The notes below the pieces were generated by a model. The model worked only from the letters and a program-made list of their open reading frames with translations. It made no database searches and was not told the origin of the DNA. A stretch of DNA of 64,000 nt, taken from the NCBI GenBank assembly GCA_051892935.1, contig JBJFGS010000025.1, positions 64,001 to 128,000 of the forward strand, read 5' to 3'. Numbering within the stretch: the first letter of the stretch is position 1; each line of letters opens with the position of its first letter. The position numbers and the translations under genes were made by a program. This DNA comes from Candidatus Coprovivens sp. Lineage in GTDB: Bacteria; Bacillota_I; Bacilli_A; RF39; UBA660. Of the stretch, positions 1 to 9,197 are shown piece by piece.

Positions 1-2
1 AA

Positions 3-584
3 GTATTCACCAGAGAGCAAAATAATTTATTTATCAAAGATCAAAAAGGAATAATTACATCATTCATAATAGAAAGTGGAGATTCCATCGAATACATAAA
101 AAGTCAATACTCTGAAAAAGTAAATATTCCTACAAATAAAATAGTTTTCAAATACAATGAAAAAGAGTTAAATGATAAACCTACGTTTGCAGATTATAAT
201 ATCCAAAGAAACACAACAATAAATGCTTATATTATATTTGATATTAATACTAAAGTGGAACAAGGTAAAGGAGAAATAATAAGTTCTCAAAAAACAGCAT
301 TAACAGGAGAAAAAATAACAATTTCAATAAAACCAAACCCAGGATATGAATTAAATAAATTAATAGTAAATGGAATTGATAAAACAAACGAAGTTCAAAA
401 CAATGAAATAATCATAGAATGTGGTGAAGAAGACATTAATATAAAAGCTAGTTACGAATTAAAAGAAGAACAAATTATTAATCCAGATACAGGAGATAAT
501 ATAATTAAATATATTATATTATTAATTACTTTTAATACAGGAATAATCCTATGTAATCTAAAAAAGATAATAAAAAAAAGTTAA
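3..584 (+). CDS. 5'-truncated surface protein: ubiquitin-like domain, divergent InlB B-repeat-like domain, NPDTG sorting signal, TM helix and basic tail
   Basis: Frame is open from base 3 into ORF 255..584. Bases 21-233 translate to NNLFIKDQKG...IEYIK...IP...KELND..TFADYNIQRNTT, which aligns without gaps to ubiquitin. C-terminus is NPDTGD + hydrophobic stretch + KKIIKKS. Confidence 0.8.
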   Translation, partial: VFTREQNNLFIKDQKGIITSFIIESGDSIEYIKSQYSEKVNIPTNKIVFKYNEKELNDKPTFADYNIQRNTTINAYIIFDINTKVEQGKGEIISSQKTALTGEKITISIKPNPGYELNKLIVNGIDKTNEVQNNEIIIECGEEDINIKASYELKEEQIINPDTGDNIIKYIILLITFNTGIILCNLKKIIKKS

Positions 585-608
585 AATAGTTTAAAGGTGA
601 AAAAAGTA

Positions 609-663
609 AAAGACAAAATCAAGAAGATTTTGCCTTTTCTTATGATATAATAAAATATATAAA
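609..663 (+). repeat. Direct repeat copy 1: hairpin plus extended -10 (TGATATAAT)
   Basis: 21-bp core CTTTTCTTATGATATAATAAA at 634-654 is identical to 1188-1208; flanks are similar. Confidence 0.75.
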
Positions 664-688
664 TAAAAGAAAAATGAATTTGTAAGGG

Positions 689-1150
689 ATGATTAGATTG
701 AAAAAAATTTTTATACTACTTATTATGTTAATATTTTTTATAACAGGATGTAATTCTACATCAGAAGATATTGATATTCCTAAAGGATATACCGATAAAA
801 AAGAATATTTTGATAAAAATGGATTTCAAGACTATACAGATTATGCAAAATATACTTATCCAGAAAAAGATATAATAGCAAAAAATAGTGACTATAAAAT
901 TATATCCCAAGATGACATCGAAAATATAAAAGGATACTTTGAAAACTTTAAAAACGTCATGGAATCATCCAATAGACTTGATGAATATGATTTTAATGAT
1001 GAAGTAATTAATGAAGGTGATTACATTAGAATTAAAACTAAAGAAGGAGAAAAAATCGGTGATTCAGAATACACAAAATATGATAATTATTCAATATATT
1101 ATTTTGATATAGAATCACTAACATTGTATTATATACATACTAATATATAG
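689..1150 (+). CDS. Hypothetical lipoprotein
   Basis: Basic N-terminus, hydrophobic core and lipobox-like ITGC. Confidence 0.75.
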   Translation: MIRLKKIFILLIMLIFFITGCNSTSEDIDIPKGYTDKKEYFDKNGFQDYTDYAKYTYPEKDIIAKNSDYKIISQDDIENIKGYFENFKNVMESSNRLDEYDFNDEVINEGDYIRIKTKEGEKIGDSEYTKYDNYSIYYFDIESLTLYYIHTNI

Positions 1151-1163
1151 TGTAATATTCGCT

Positions 1164-1217
1164 AAAGACCAAATCTAAAAGATTTGTCTTTTCTTATGAT
1201 ATAATAAATTATATAAA
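1164..1217 (+). repeat. Direct repeat copy 2: hairpin plus extended -10
   Basis: AAAGACCAAATC-TAAAA-GATTTGTCTTTTCTTATGATATAATAAA, matching 609-663. Confidence 0.75.
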
Positions 1218-1232
1218 GAAAATATAGTACAG

Positions 1233-1769
1233 GTGATTAAAATAAGTGAAATTAAATTAATAAATGGTTCATGCGCTGAACAAAAAGTAGATGCTATAGT
1301 AAATGCTGCTAACAGGAATCTCTGGGCAGGCGGAGGAATATGTGGAGCAATATTCAAAAAAGCAAGTTATAAAGAATTAACTCAAGCATGTAGCAAAATT
1401 AAAACACCATTAAAAGATGGTAATGCAGTTATAACACCATCTTTTAATATTAGTAATTGCAAATATATAATACATGCTGTAGGTCCAGATTTTGGAAAAA
1501 CACCATCAGCGTTTAAAGAGTTATACGACGCATATTATAACTCATTAATTGTACTAAGAGAAAACAATTTACATTCTATATCATTCCCATTAATAAGTTC
1601 AGGAATATTTGGCTATGGATTAGATAACCCAGTAGAAGAATCGACCAAACAATGTTTAAGAGCATATAATAAATTTATTAATGATTACCCAGATTATGAA
1701 ATTAACGTTTTACTATGTGCTTATAATAAGAAAGAATATATAATTGCTAAAGAAATACTAAATATATAA
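1233..1769 (+). CDS. Macro domain protein (ADP-ribose binding/hydrolase, YmdB/MacroD-like)
   Basis: Motifs DAIVNAAN, GGGICGAI, IIHAVGP and FPLISSGIFG. Confidence 0.93.
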   Translation: MIKISEIKLINGSCAEQKVDAIVNAANRNLWAGGGICGAIFKKASYKELTQACSKIKTPLKDGNAVITPSFNISNCKYIIHAVGPDFGKTPSAFKELYDAYYNSLIVLRENNLHSISFPLISSGIFGYGLDNPVEESTKQCLRAYNKFINDYPDYEINVLLCAYNKKEYIIAKEILNI

Positions 1770-1879
1770 AAACATTGATAATATAAGCAAAATATAACAA
1801 ATAAAAAAAGATTCAAAATAAATAATTATCAAAATCAAATGAAGCAACCAATAGTTGCTAAAATGTTAAGCAAAATATG

Positions 1880-1907
1880 TTGCATAAACATAAAACCATA
1901 GTATAAT
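1880..1907 (+). promoter_or_regulatory. Putative sigmaA promoter of the dlt-like operon
   Basis: TTGCAT-16-TATAAT. GTTGCATAAA is repeated at 1879 and 1915, and palindrome AGCAAC-N5-GTTGCT lies at 1843-1859. Confidence 0.55.
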
Positions 1908-1958
1908 TAGAGTAGTTGCATAAAAAAGAAAAATAATATAAGAAATTAAGGTGGTAAC

Positions 1959-3476
1959 ATGTTTAATGTATTAGATTATCTAGAAAATTCTGCAGCAAAA
2001 TATAAAAATAAAATAGCTGTAATTGAAGAAGAAAAAAATATCTCATATGAAGAACTATATCATATGAGTAAAAGAGTAGGATCATACTTTGCAACTAAAA
2101 ATATTTCCAATGAATTAATAGTAGTATTTATGGATAAAGGAATAGACACACTAATATCTTTCTTCGGAAGTGTATATGCAAATTGCTATTATAGTCTAAT
2201 AAATCCAGAGCTACCAGAAGTAAGAATTAATAATATAAAAGAAACAACAAACGTAAAATATATAATTACTAATGATGAATATGAGGAAATAGCTAAAAAG
2301 TATTTTGAAGATTTAGAAATAATAAATATTAAAACTTTGAAAGAAAACGAAATAAACGAAGAAGCACTTTCTATATCTAGAAATAATCATATTGATTGTG
2401 ATCCACTATATGTAAATTTTACTTCAGGTTCAACCGGTATTCCAAAGGGAGTGGTTGTATCACATCGTTCTGTTATAGACTTTATTGATAAATTTACTGA
2501 ACTATTTCACTTTAAGAGTAATGATATAATAGGAAATCAAGCTCCTTTTGATTTTGATGTTTCAGTAAAAGATATTTACTCATCAATAAAGATAGGAGCA
2601 ACATTAGTCATTATTCCTAAAAAGTATTTTTCTAGTCCATCAAAACTATTAGATTATATTTGTGATAATAAAGTTACAACACTAACATGGGCTGTTTCAG
2701 CATTATGTTTAATTACAACATTCCATGGATTAGAATACAAAACCCCTATAACAGTAAATAAAGTTATATTTAGTGGTGAAGTAATGCCATTAAAGCATTT
2801 GAAACAATGGATGGAACATCTTCCAAAAGCAACATTTATAAATGTGTATGGTCCAACAGAAATTACATGCAATTGCACATATCATATAATAGATAGAAAT
2901 AGAGATTACACAGATAAGATTCCGATAGGAATTCCATTTCCTAATGAAAGAATTTATCTATTAAATAATGAAAATAAACTAATTACAACCCCTAATGAAA
3001 CAGGTGAGATTTGTGTAGGGGGAACATGTCTAGGTTTAGGATACTTTAATAATAAAGAACAAACAGAAAAAGCATTTATTCAAAACCCAACAAATGAAAA
3101 GTATATTGATCTAATTTATAGAACCGGAGACTTAGGATACTATAACGAACAAAAAGAACTAATGTTTAGTGGCAGAAAAGACTTCCAAATAAAATATCAA
3201 GGACATCGTATAGAACTTGAAGAAATAGATAAAGCATTAATGAATATTGAAAACATCATTAGAAGTTGTACTATATTTGAGGAGGAAAAGAGTAAATTAT
3301 ACGGTTTTTATATAGGAGACATTGATTCAAAAGAATTACACCATAAACTAAAAGAAATACTACCTATATACATGATACCTACTAAATTAATAAAGATGAA
3401 TGAATTCCCAATGACCAAAAACGGAAAAATAGATCGTAAAAAATTAATGGAATGTAAAGGTGAAAAAAATGATTAA
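1959..3476 (+). CDS. Stand-alone amino-acid adenylation enzyme (DltA-like)
   Basis: Core motifs FTSGSTGIPKG, FDFDVSVKD, NVYGPTE, YRTGD and NGKIDR. Confidence 0.93.
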   Translation: MFNVLDYLENSAAKYKNKIAVIEEEKNISYEELYHMSKRVGSYFATKNISNELIVVFMDKGIDTLISFFGSVYANCYYSLINPELPEVRINNIKETTNVKYIITNDEYEEIAKKYFEDLEIINIKTLKENEINEEALSISRNNHIDCDPLYVNFTSGSTGIPKGVVVSHRSVIDFIDKFTELFHFKSNDIIGNQAPFDFDVSVKDIYSSIKIGATLVIIPKKYFSSPSKLLDYICDNKVTTLTWAVSALCLITTFHGLEYKTPITVNKVIFSGEVMPLKHLKQWMEHLPKATFINVYGPTEITCNCTYHIIDRNRDYTDKIPIGIPFPNERIYLLNNENKLITTPNETGEICVGGTCLGLGYFNNKEQTEKAFIQNPTNEKYIDLIYRTGDLGYYNEQKELMFSGRKDFQIKYQGHRIELEEIDKALMNIENIIRSCTIFEEEKSKLYGFYIGDIDSKELHHKLKEILPIYMIPTKLIKMNEFPMTKNGKIDRKKLMECKGEKND

Positions 3477-4629
3477 TTTTGAAAAAATAGCCAAAGAATA
3501 CGGAACACCAACATTCATATATGATATTTCAACATTAAAAAAGAGAATATCATATCTAAAAGAAAATTTACCAGAAAACATTAATCTTGTATATGCTGTT
3601 AAAGCAAACACATTTATAATCAAAGAATTAGAAAAAGACGTAGAAAGATTCGAAATATGTTCAAAAGGTGAATTCGATATATGTAATAAACTTAATATCG
3701 ATTACAAAAAAATGGTCATCTCCGGTGTCAACAAAGATGACGCATCAATAGATGAAATGATTTCAAACTATAAAGAAATAGGCAAATATACTATAGAATC
3801 AGTTAATCAATATAAACTTTTAAAAGAAAAGTGTGAAAAATATAATAGAAATATTAACGTTTTAATAAGACTTACATCAGGAAACCAATTTGGTGTAAAT
3901 GAAGAAGAAGCAATCGATATATTAAAAGAAAATAATGAATTTATTAATATATCAGGATTTGAATACTTTTCCGGTACTCAAAAACATTCAATAAAAAAGA
4001 TTAACAAAGAAATTGATTACTTAGTAGAATTCGTTAATAAAGTTGAACAAGAACTAAATATATCAATCGAAGAAATAGAATATGGACCAGGATTCCCAGT
4101 TTACTATTTCCAAGATGATGAATTTGCTGAAGATGAATTTCTAAAAGAAGTTTGTATAGCCTTAGAAAAAATGAAGAACAAAAAAATATCTTTAGAATTA
4201 GGACGTAGTATAGCAGCCAGCTGTGGTTACTACTTAACAAAAGTAGTTGATATGAAAACTAATAAAAACGGCAATCACATAATTTTAGATGGCGGAATAA
4301 ATCATCTAGTATACTATGGTCAAACAATGGCAATGCGTATTCCAAAATACAAACTATTACCCGAGAAAGAAGATACAGAAGAAACTTATAACCTATATGG
4401 TTCATTATGTACAATAAACGATATAATAATTAAAAGTTTAAAAACTAGAAAACTACAAACAGGTGATTTATTCGTTTTTGAAAACGTCGGAGCATACTCT
4501 ATAACAGAAGGAATTGCACTATTCCTTAGTAGAGACATGCCCAAAGTTATATTATACGACGAAACAAATGAATCAAAATTAATAAGAAATACAATAAAAT
4601 CAAGTGAAATTAATTGTCCAAAGTATTAG
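3469..4629 (+). CDS. Fold-type III PLP-dependent decarboxylase (LysA/ODC/BtrK family), divergent
   Basis: YGTPTFIYD, PLP lysine YAVKAN, ELGRS, GSLCTIND and GAYS; overlaps the upstream gene. Confidence 0.88.
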   Translation: MINFEKIAKEYGTPTFIYDISTLKKRISYLKENLPENINLVYAVKANTFIIKELEKDVERFEICSKGEFDICNKLNIDYKKMVISGVNKDDASIDEMISNYKEIGKYTIESVNQYKLLKEKCEKYNRNINVLIRLTSGNQFGVNEEEAIDILKENNEFINISGFEYFSGTQKHSIKKINKEIDYLVEFVNKVEQELNISIEEIEYGPGFPVYYFQDDEFAEDEFLKEVCIALEKMKNKKISLELGRSIAASCGYYLTKVVDMKTNKNGNHIILDGGINHLVYYGQTMAMRIPKYKLLPEKEDTEETYNLYGSLCTINDIIIKSLKTRKLQTGDLFVFENVGAYSITEGIALFLSRDMPKVILYDETNESKLIRNTIKSSEINCPKY

Positions 4630-4643
4630 AAGGAGTGAGTTAT

Positions 4644-4874
4644 ATGGAAAAATTAATTGAAATATTAGAGGAACTAAACCCAGATGTTGATTACAACACA
4701 ACAGAAAACTTAATAGATGGAAGATATTTAGATTCACTAACAATCTTATCATTAGTAGCAGAAATAGAAGATGAATTTGATGTAGAAATACCAACAGTAG
4801 AAATAATACCTGGAAATTTTAATTCAGCAAAGAAAATTTGGGAACTAATTAAAAAACTAAAAGAGGAAGAATAA
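4644..4874 (+). CDS. Acyl carrier protein (DltC-like)
   Basis: Small acidic protein with phosphopantetheine site YLDSL and C-terminal NFNS; RBS AGGAG. Confidence 0.92.
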   Translation: MEKLIEILEELNPDVDYNTTENLIDGRYLDSLTILSLVAEIEDEFDVEIPTVEIIPGNFNSAKKIWELIKKLKEEE

Positions 4875-6463
4875 TGTCATATTTGCATCCTGCTTATTCT
4901 TTCCTTTTTTTACCTATTCTTATAGTTATATATAATATCTTACCAAAAAAGGTTAGACCATATTTATTATTAATTAGTAGTTTAGGTTTTTTTGCTTTCA
5001 TAAGTAAAGGTCTAATAATATTTCTAATACTATCTATAATATCAATTTATCTAGTAGCTAGATATCTTACTAAAATAGATAAAAAAAGAGACCAAGTATT
5101 AGAAAATGCAGAGAAAGAACAAAAAAAAGAAATAAAAGAACAATATAAGAAAAAAAAGAAAATAATACTTATAATCGGTATTCTATTTAATATAGCATTC
5201 CTATTTTTCTTCAAATATCTAAATTTTTTTGGTTCTATAGCCAATGACATATTAAATTTATTTAATATAAATTGTCATTATACAATAATAAAAATTGCTG
5301 CACCAATAGGGATTTCATATTATACATTACAAGCAGTATCCTATATATTAGATGTATACAACGAAAAAATAGAAGCATCAAAAAACTTCTTCAAAGTCGC
5401 TTTATATTTATCATTCTTTCCTCAAATAATGGAAGGACCAATAGCTAAATACGAAGATACAGCTGACGATTTATTTGAAGGTAATAAAGTTACTTATAAA
5501 AATTTCTGTTTTGGTTATCAAAGAATTCTATATGGTTTTTTCAAAAAATATGTTATAGCAGATCGTATTAATATCATAGTCAAAACAATCTTCGAAGGAT
5601 ATGCGCTATACAGCGGCATTCCGATTTGGCTAGGTGTAATTTGTTACACTATTATGCTTTATATGGAATTTTCTGGAACGATGGATGTTGTAATCGGAAC
5701 AGGTGAAATGTTTGGTATAAAAATACCTGAAAACTTTAGACAACCATTCTTTGCTAAAAACATCTCAGAATTTTGGACTAGATGGCACATAAGTTTAGGA
5801 ACATGGTTTAAAAACTATATTTTCTTTCCTGTTTCACTATCAAAACCAGTAAAAAAACTAACACTTAAAACAAGAAAAATTCTTGGAAATAGATTTGGCC
5901 AACTAATAGGTGGAGCTATAGCACTATTTGCAGTATGGTTCTTAAACGGGTTATGGCATGGTGCAGGATGGACATTCCTATTCTACGGTATGTACCAATT
6001 TACACTAATATTATTAGGTAATATATTCGAACCAACAATAAACAAAATTTGTGCAAAAATCCATCTAAATCGTCAAAACAAAGTATACAGAATATTCCAA
6101 TCTATAAAAATGACATTCTTTGTCTTTATAGGAGAGTTATTCTTTAGAGCACCATCTTTAAAAGTTGGATTCGAAATGTTATATAAAATGTTTTGTAACA
6201 TAAAACTATCATCATTAACAAATGGTGAATTATTACATTTAGGTGTAGATTTATGTGACTATGGAATAGTCATAATAGCTCTTATAGTAATATTTATAAT
6301 AAGTCTATTAAAAGAAAAAAACATTAATATAAGAGAAGAAATAAGTAAGAAGAATATCTTTATTAGATGGAGTCTATACTACATATTAATAATTTCAATA
6401 ATAATATTTGGAGCTTATGGACCAGGTTACATTCCAGTAGATCCAATATATGCAGATTTTTAG
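4874..6463 (+). CDS. MBOAT family O-acyltransferase (AlgI/PatA/DltB-like) with C-terminal Tyr motif
   Basis: PIGISYYTLQ, FFPQIMEGPI, ENFRQP, EFWTRWHISL, catalytic GLWHG; ends in PIYADF. Confidence 0.95.
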   Translation: MSYLHPAYSFLFLPILIVIYNILPKKVRPYLLLISSLGFFAFISKGLIIFLILSIISIYLVARYLTKIDKKRDQVLENAEKEQKKEIKEQYKKKKKIILIIGILFNIAFLFFFKYLNFFGSIANDILNLFNINCHYTIIKIAAPIGISYYTLQAVSYILDVYNEKIEASKNFFKVALYLSFFPQIMEGPIAKYEDTADDLFEGNKVTYKNFCFGYQRILYGFFKKYVIADRINIIVKTIFEGYALYSGIPIWLGVICYTIMLYMEFSGTMDVVIGTGEMFGIKIPENFRQPFFAKNISEFWTRWHISLGTWFKNYIFFPVSLSKPVKKLTLKTRKILGNRFGQLIGGAIALFAVWFLNGLWHGAGWTFLFYGMYQFTLILLGNIFEPTINKICAKIHLNRQNKVYRIFQSIKMTFFVFIGELFFRAPSLKVGFEMLYKMFCNIKLSSLTNGELLHLGVDLCDYGIVIIALIVIFIISLLKEKNINIREEISKKNIFIRWSLYYILIISIIIFGAYGPGYIPVDPIYADF

Positions 6464-6472
6464 GTGATCATA

Positions 6473-7408
6473 ATGAAAAATATTTTAAAAAGCATAATAT
6501 TTGTAACAATATTTATCCTAATCCTAGTAATTTTAACTTTTATACTATTGCCTAGTAAAGACATATTAGAATTTGGTGTATACAATATTTCAAAATATGA
6601 GATACTTGGTGAGAAAAGAGATACAATCGATGTCGTAGCAATAGGAGATAGTCTTGTATATAGTTCATTATCTCCTATGGAAATATGGAACGAATATGGA
6701 TATACAGCTTTTGATAGTGCCGAGCCAGCTCAAATAATAGAAAATACATACAAAAGTGTCGATATAGCTATAAAAAGTCAACATCCAAAAATAATACTAT
6801 TAGAAGCAAATGTAATTCTAAGAGATCCAAAAAATCAAAACAAATACACTAGACTATATAGAGAAAATAAAGACTTTAATCCATTAGGTCTACACCATAA
6901 TAACTGGAAAAACTATATTACATATGGAGATAAGTCAGAATGGATAAATGTGTACAAAGGTTTCAAATTCATTACCAAAATAGAGCCTTCAAAAAACAAA
7001 GCATATATGAAACCATCAAAAGAATTAAGAGTAATACCAAACAACAACCTAAAAGTATTCAATAAAATCGTATCACTATGTCAAAAAAACGATGTTAAGC
7101 TAGTTTTAATAAGCTTTCCAACTCAAACATCTTGGGGATACAAAAAACATAACACAATAGCTAAAATTGCCTCAGAAAACAATTTAGAATTTATTGATTT
7201 AAATCTAATAGATTTAGGAATTGATTGGCAAATAGATACTAAAGATAATGGTTCACATTTGAACTATCGCGGAGCTCTAAAAGCAACAAAATATATAGGA
7301 GAATACCTAAGCAAACTAGAAATGTTAGAAGATAAAAGAAAAAATCCAGAATACGAATCCTGGAATAAAGCTTATGAAAAATATATAAAAACGGAAGCAA
7401 TGGCATAG
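6473..7408 (+). CDS. Membrane-anchored SGNH/GDSL-type acyltransferase (DltD/PatB/AlgJ-like)
   Basis: N-terminal TM helix, IGDS nucleophile motif and DNGSHLN catalytic His motif. Confidence 0.85.
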   Translation: MKNILKSIIFVTIFILILVILTFILLPSKDILEFGVYNISKYEILGEKRDTIDVVAIGDSLVYSSLSPMEIWNEYGYTAFDSAEPAQIIENTYKSVDIAIKSQHPKIILLEANVILRDPKNQNKYTRLYRENKDFNPLGLHHNNWKNYITYGDKSEWINVYKGFKFITKIEPSKNKAYMKPSKELRVIPNNNLKVFNKIVSLCQKNDVKLVLISFPTQTSWGYKKHNTIAKIASENNLEFIDLNLIDLGIDWQIDTKDNGSHLNYRGALKATKYIGEYLSKLEMLEDKRKNPEYESWNKAYEKYIKTEAMA

Positions 7409-7731
7409 TCACCATCATGAGATATAGATAAAGAAATATTACTAAAATTGTAATCTTCTTTAATCTTACCTTGAAAGATAAAATAAGGTGCACCATTCAT
7501 ATTGTGACTTACTATAATATCCTTTAAGGAATAATCACTTATTCCTTTTTTTATTGCTTTTAAAAATGCCTCCTTAGCAGCATAAATACCAGCTATAGAA
7601 GCTAAAGAATAATCACACTTTTTCAAATAATATAATTCAATATCATTAAAATTATCATTTAAAAACTTATTATTCTTAGAAATACTTTTAAATCTATTAA
7701 TTTCAACTAAATCAATACCATTAGATATCAA
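7372..7731 (-). CDS. acpS: Holo-ACP synthase (4'-phosphopantetheinyl transferase)
   Basis: GIDLVEI, AAKEAFLKA, GAP and LSISHDGDYAIA. TTG start after GAGGTG; overlaps the 3' end of the SGNH gene by 37 bp. Confidence 0.93.
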   Translation of the reverse strand: MISNGIDLVEINRFKSISKNNKFLNDNFNDIELYYLKKCDYSLASIAGIYAAKEAFLKAIKKGISDYSLKDIIVSHNMNGAPYFIFQGKIKEDYNFSNISLSISHDGDYAIASVFIYFS

Positions 7732-7854
7732 TCTAACCACCTCAAATAAATAATAACACATTTATAATTAGAAAGGATAACTTAATATCAAAAATAAAAA
7801 ACATATTTATTGATAAGAAATAGTTTTTATATTATAATAAAAACAAGATAAAGG

Positions 7855-8769
7855 GTGATTATAATGATAAAAGCCATATGCTTAGGAAGAGTTACATATG
7901 ATATAAATTTAGTCGTAGACAAGTTACCATCAGATGGCTCCAAAAATGAGTTTTTTGAAAAAAACGGCAATGTTGGAGGAGAAGCAGCACTAGTATCATG
8001 TTGTTTTTCAAAATGGGGTATTAATACTACATTCGCCGGTGTATTAGGAAATGATGTTAACGGAACAAGAATTAGGAAAATATTTGATAAATTACACATT
8101 GATACAAGATACATAGAACCATCTTTTGATAACGATACACCTATGACAATAGTATTAATTAATAAAAGTACTCAAAACTACACTGTAATTAACATATCTG
8201 ATAAATACGTAGGATTAAAAAAATGTGATTTCGATTTTACACCTGATTTAATCTTCGTAGATGGATACGATGCAGTACAAGCTAAGAACTTATTAGAAAG
8301 ATACCCTAAAAGTCTTTCAGTAATCGATGCAAGCTTAGTAACTAGTTCAGTAATTGACTTAGTAAAAAAAGCCAAATACGCTGTATGTAGTAGAGAATTT
8401 GCCGAATCAGTATCCGGAGAAAAAATCGACTTTCAAGTGCCATCTAGTATCATTAAAGCATATCAAAAATTAAAAAAGAAATATCTAAATACAGAAATAA
8501 TAATAACGTTAGGTGAAAGAGGAGCCTTATATTGCATAAATAATCAAATAAAAATAACTCCATCATTAAAAGTTAAAGTTGAAGATACACATGGCTGTGG
8601 ACCTATTTTTAGAGCAGCCATTGCTCATACATTAATAGGTGGTGGAGATATCGAAAAAGCAGTGAAAATTGGTTGTATTGCAGGAAGCCTAGCTGCAACA
8701 AAAGTAGGTGCTCTAGATTCAATTCCTACGCTAGAAGAAATAAAAAATATATATGAGCAAAACTATTAA
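7855..8769 (+). CDS. PfkB/ribokinase-family protein, possibly catalytically degenerate
   Basis: GVLGNDVNG, TLGERGA and DTHGCGP (canonical motif is DTxGAGD). Confidence 0.85.
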   Translation: MIIMIKAICLGRVTYDINLVVDKLPSDGSKNEFFEKNGNVGGEAALVSCCFSKWGINTTFAGVLGNDVNGTRIRKIFDKLHIDTRYIEPSFDNDTPMTIVLINKSTQNYTVINISDKYVGLKKCDFDFTPDLIFVDGYDAVQAKNLLERYPKSLSVIDASLVTSSVIDLVKKAKYAVCSREFAESVSGEKIDFQVPSSIIKAYQKLKKKYLNTEIIITLGERGALYCINNQIKITPSLKVKVEDTHGCGPIFRAAIAHTLIGGGDIEKAVKIGCIAGSLAATKVGALDSIPTLEEIKNIYEQNY

Positions 8770-9022
8770 AGATCCATTTACTTATTTCTTTCCCCAACTT
8801 GATATACATGGAGAAACAACTTTAACATGTAATGCAGTAATAAATTCTTTTATAAAAGATAACATTAAATTAAAAAGAAAAAATATTATAATCATTCATG
8901 GCAAAGGAAGCGGAGCCTTAAGAAAAGCTACACATGAATATTTAAAGCACAACAAAAATGTAGAAAAGTATTATATTGATGGTCTTAATGATGGTCAAAC
9001 AATAGTTGAACTAAAATTATAG
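8753..9022 (+). CDS. Stand-alone Smr domain protein
   Basis: LDIHG, IIHGKGSGALR and NDGQTIVEL. Confidence 0.9.
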   Translation: MSKTIKDPFTYFFPQLDIHGETTLTCNAVINSFIKDNIKLKRKNIIIIHGKGSGALRKATHEYLKHNKNVEKYYIDGLNDGQTIVELKL

Positions 9023-9063
9023 ATAGTTTTTAAACAAAAACATTAAAAAATGTTTAAAAACTC

Positions 9064-9146
9064 TTGCAAAACATCCCCATAATTGCTATAATAATGCACA
9101 AACCATTGAAAATTGAGCACAAAAAGTGAGCAAAATTTGACGGTTT
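9064..9146 (+). promoter_or_regulatory. sigmaA promoter followed by a structured 5' leader hairpin (9100-9146)
   Basis: TTGCAA-17-TATAAT with TG extension, then AAACC-A-TTGAA-AA-TTG-AG-CAC-AAAAA-GTG-AG-CAA-AA-TTTGA-C-GGTTT. Confidence 0.65.
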
Positions 9147-9197
9147 TCTCTAGTAGTGTTAGAATTAAAGCACGAAAAGGAAATAGGGGGTATAATT

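Noticed and set aside
1233-1769. Macro domain as part of a DarTG or Thoeris defence system
   Set aside because: No ADP-ribosyltransferase, TIR or sirtuin neighbour; it looks like a stand-alone YmdB type.
1959-7408. Canonical dltABCD or lysA annotation
   Set aside because: The A-domain pocket differs from DltA, the MBOAT is the long AlgI type with a fused Tyr motif, and the decarboxylase lacks LysA motifs.
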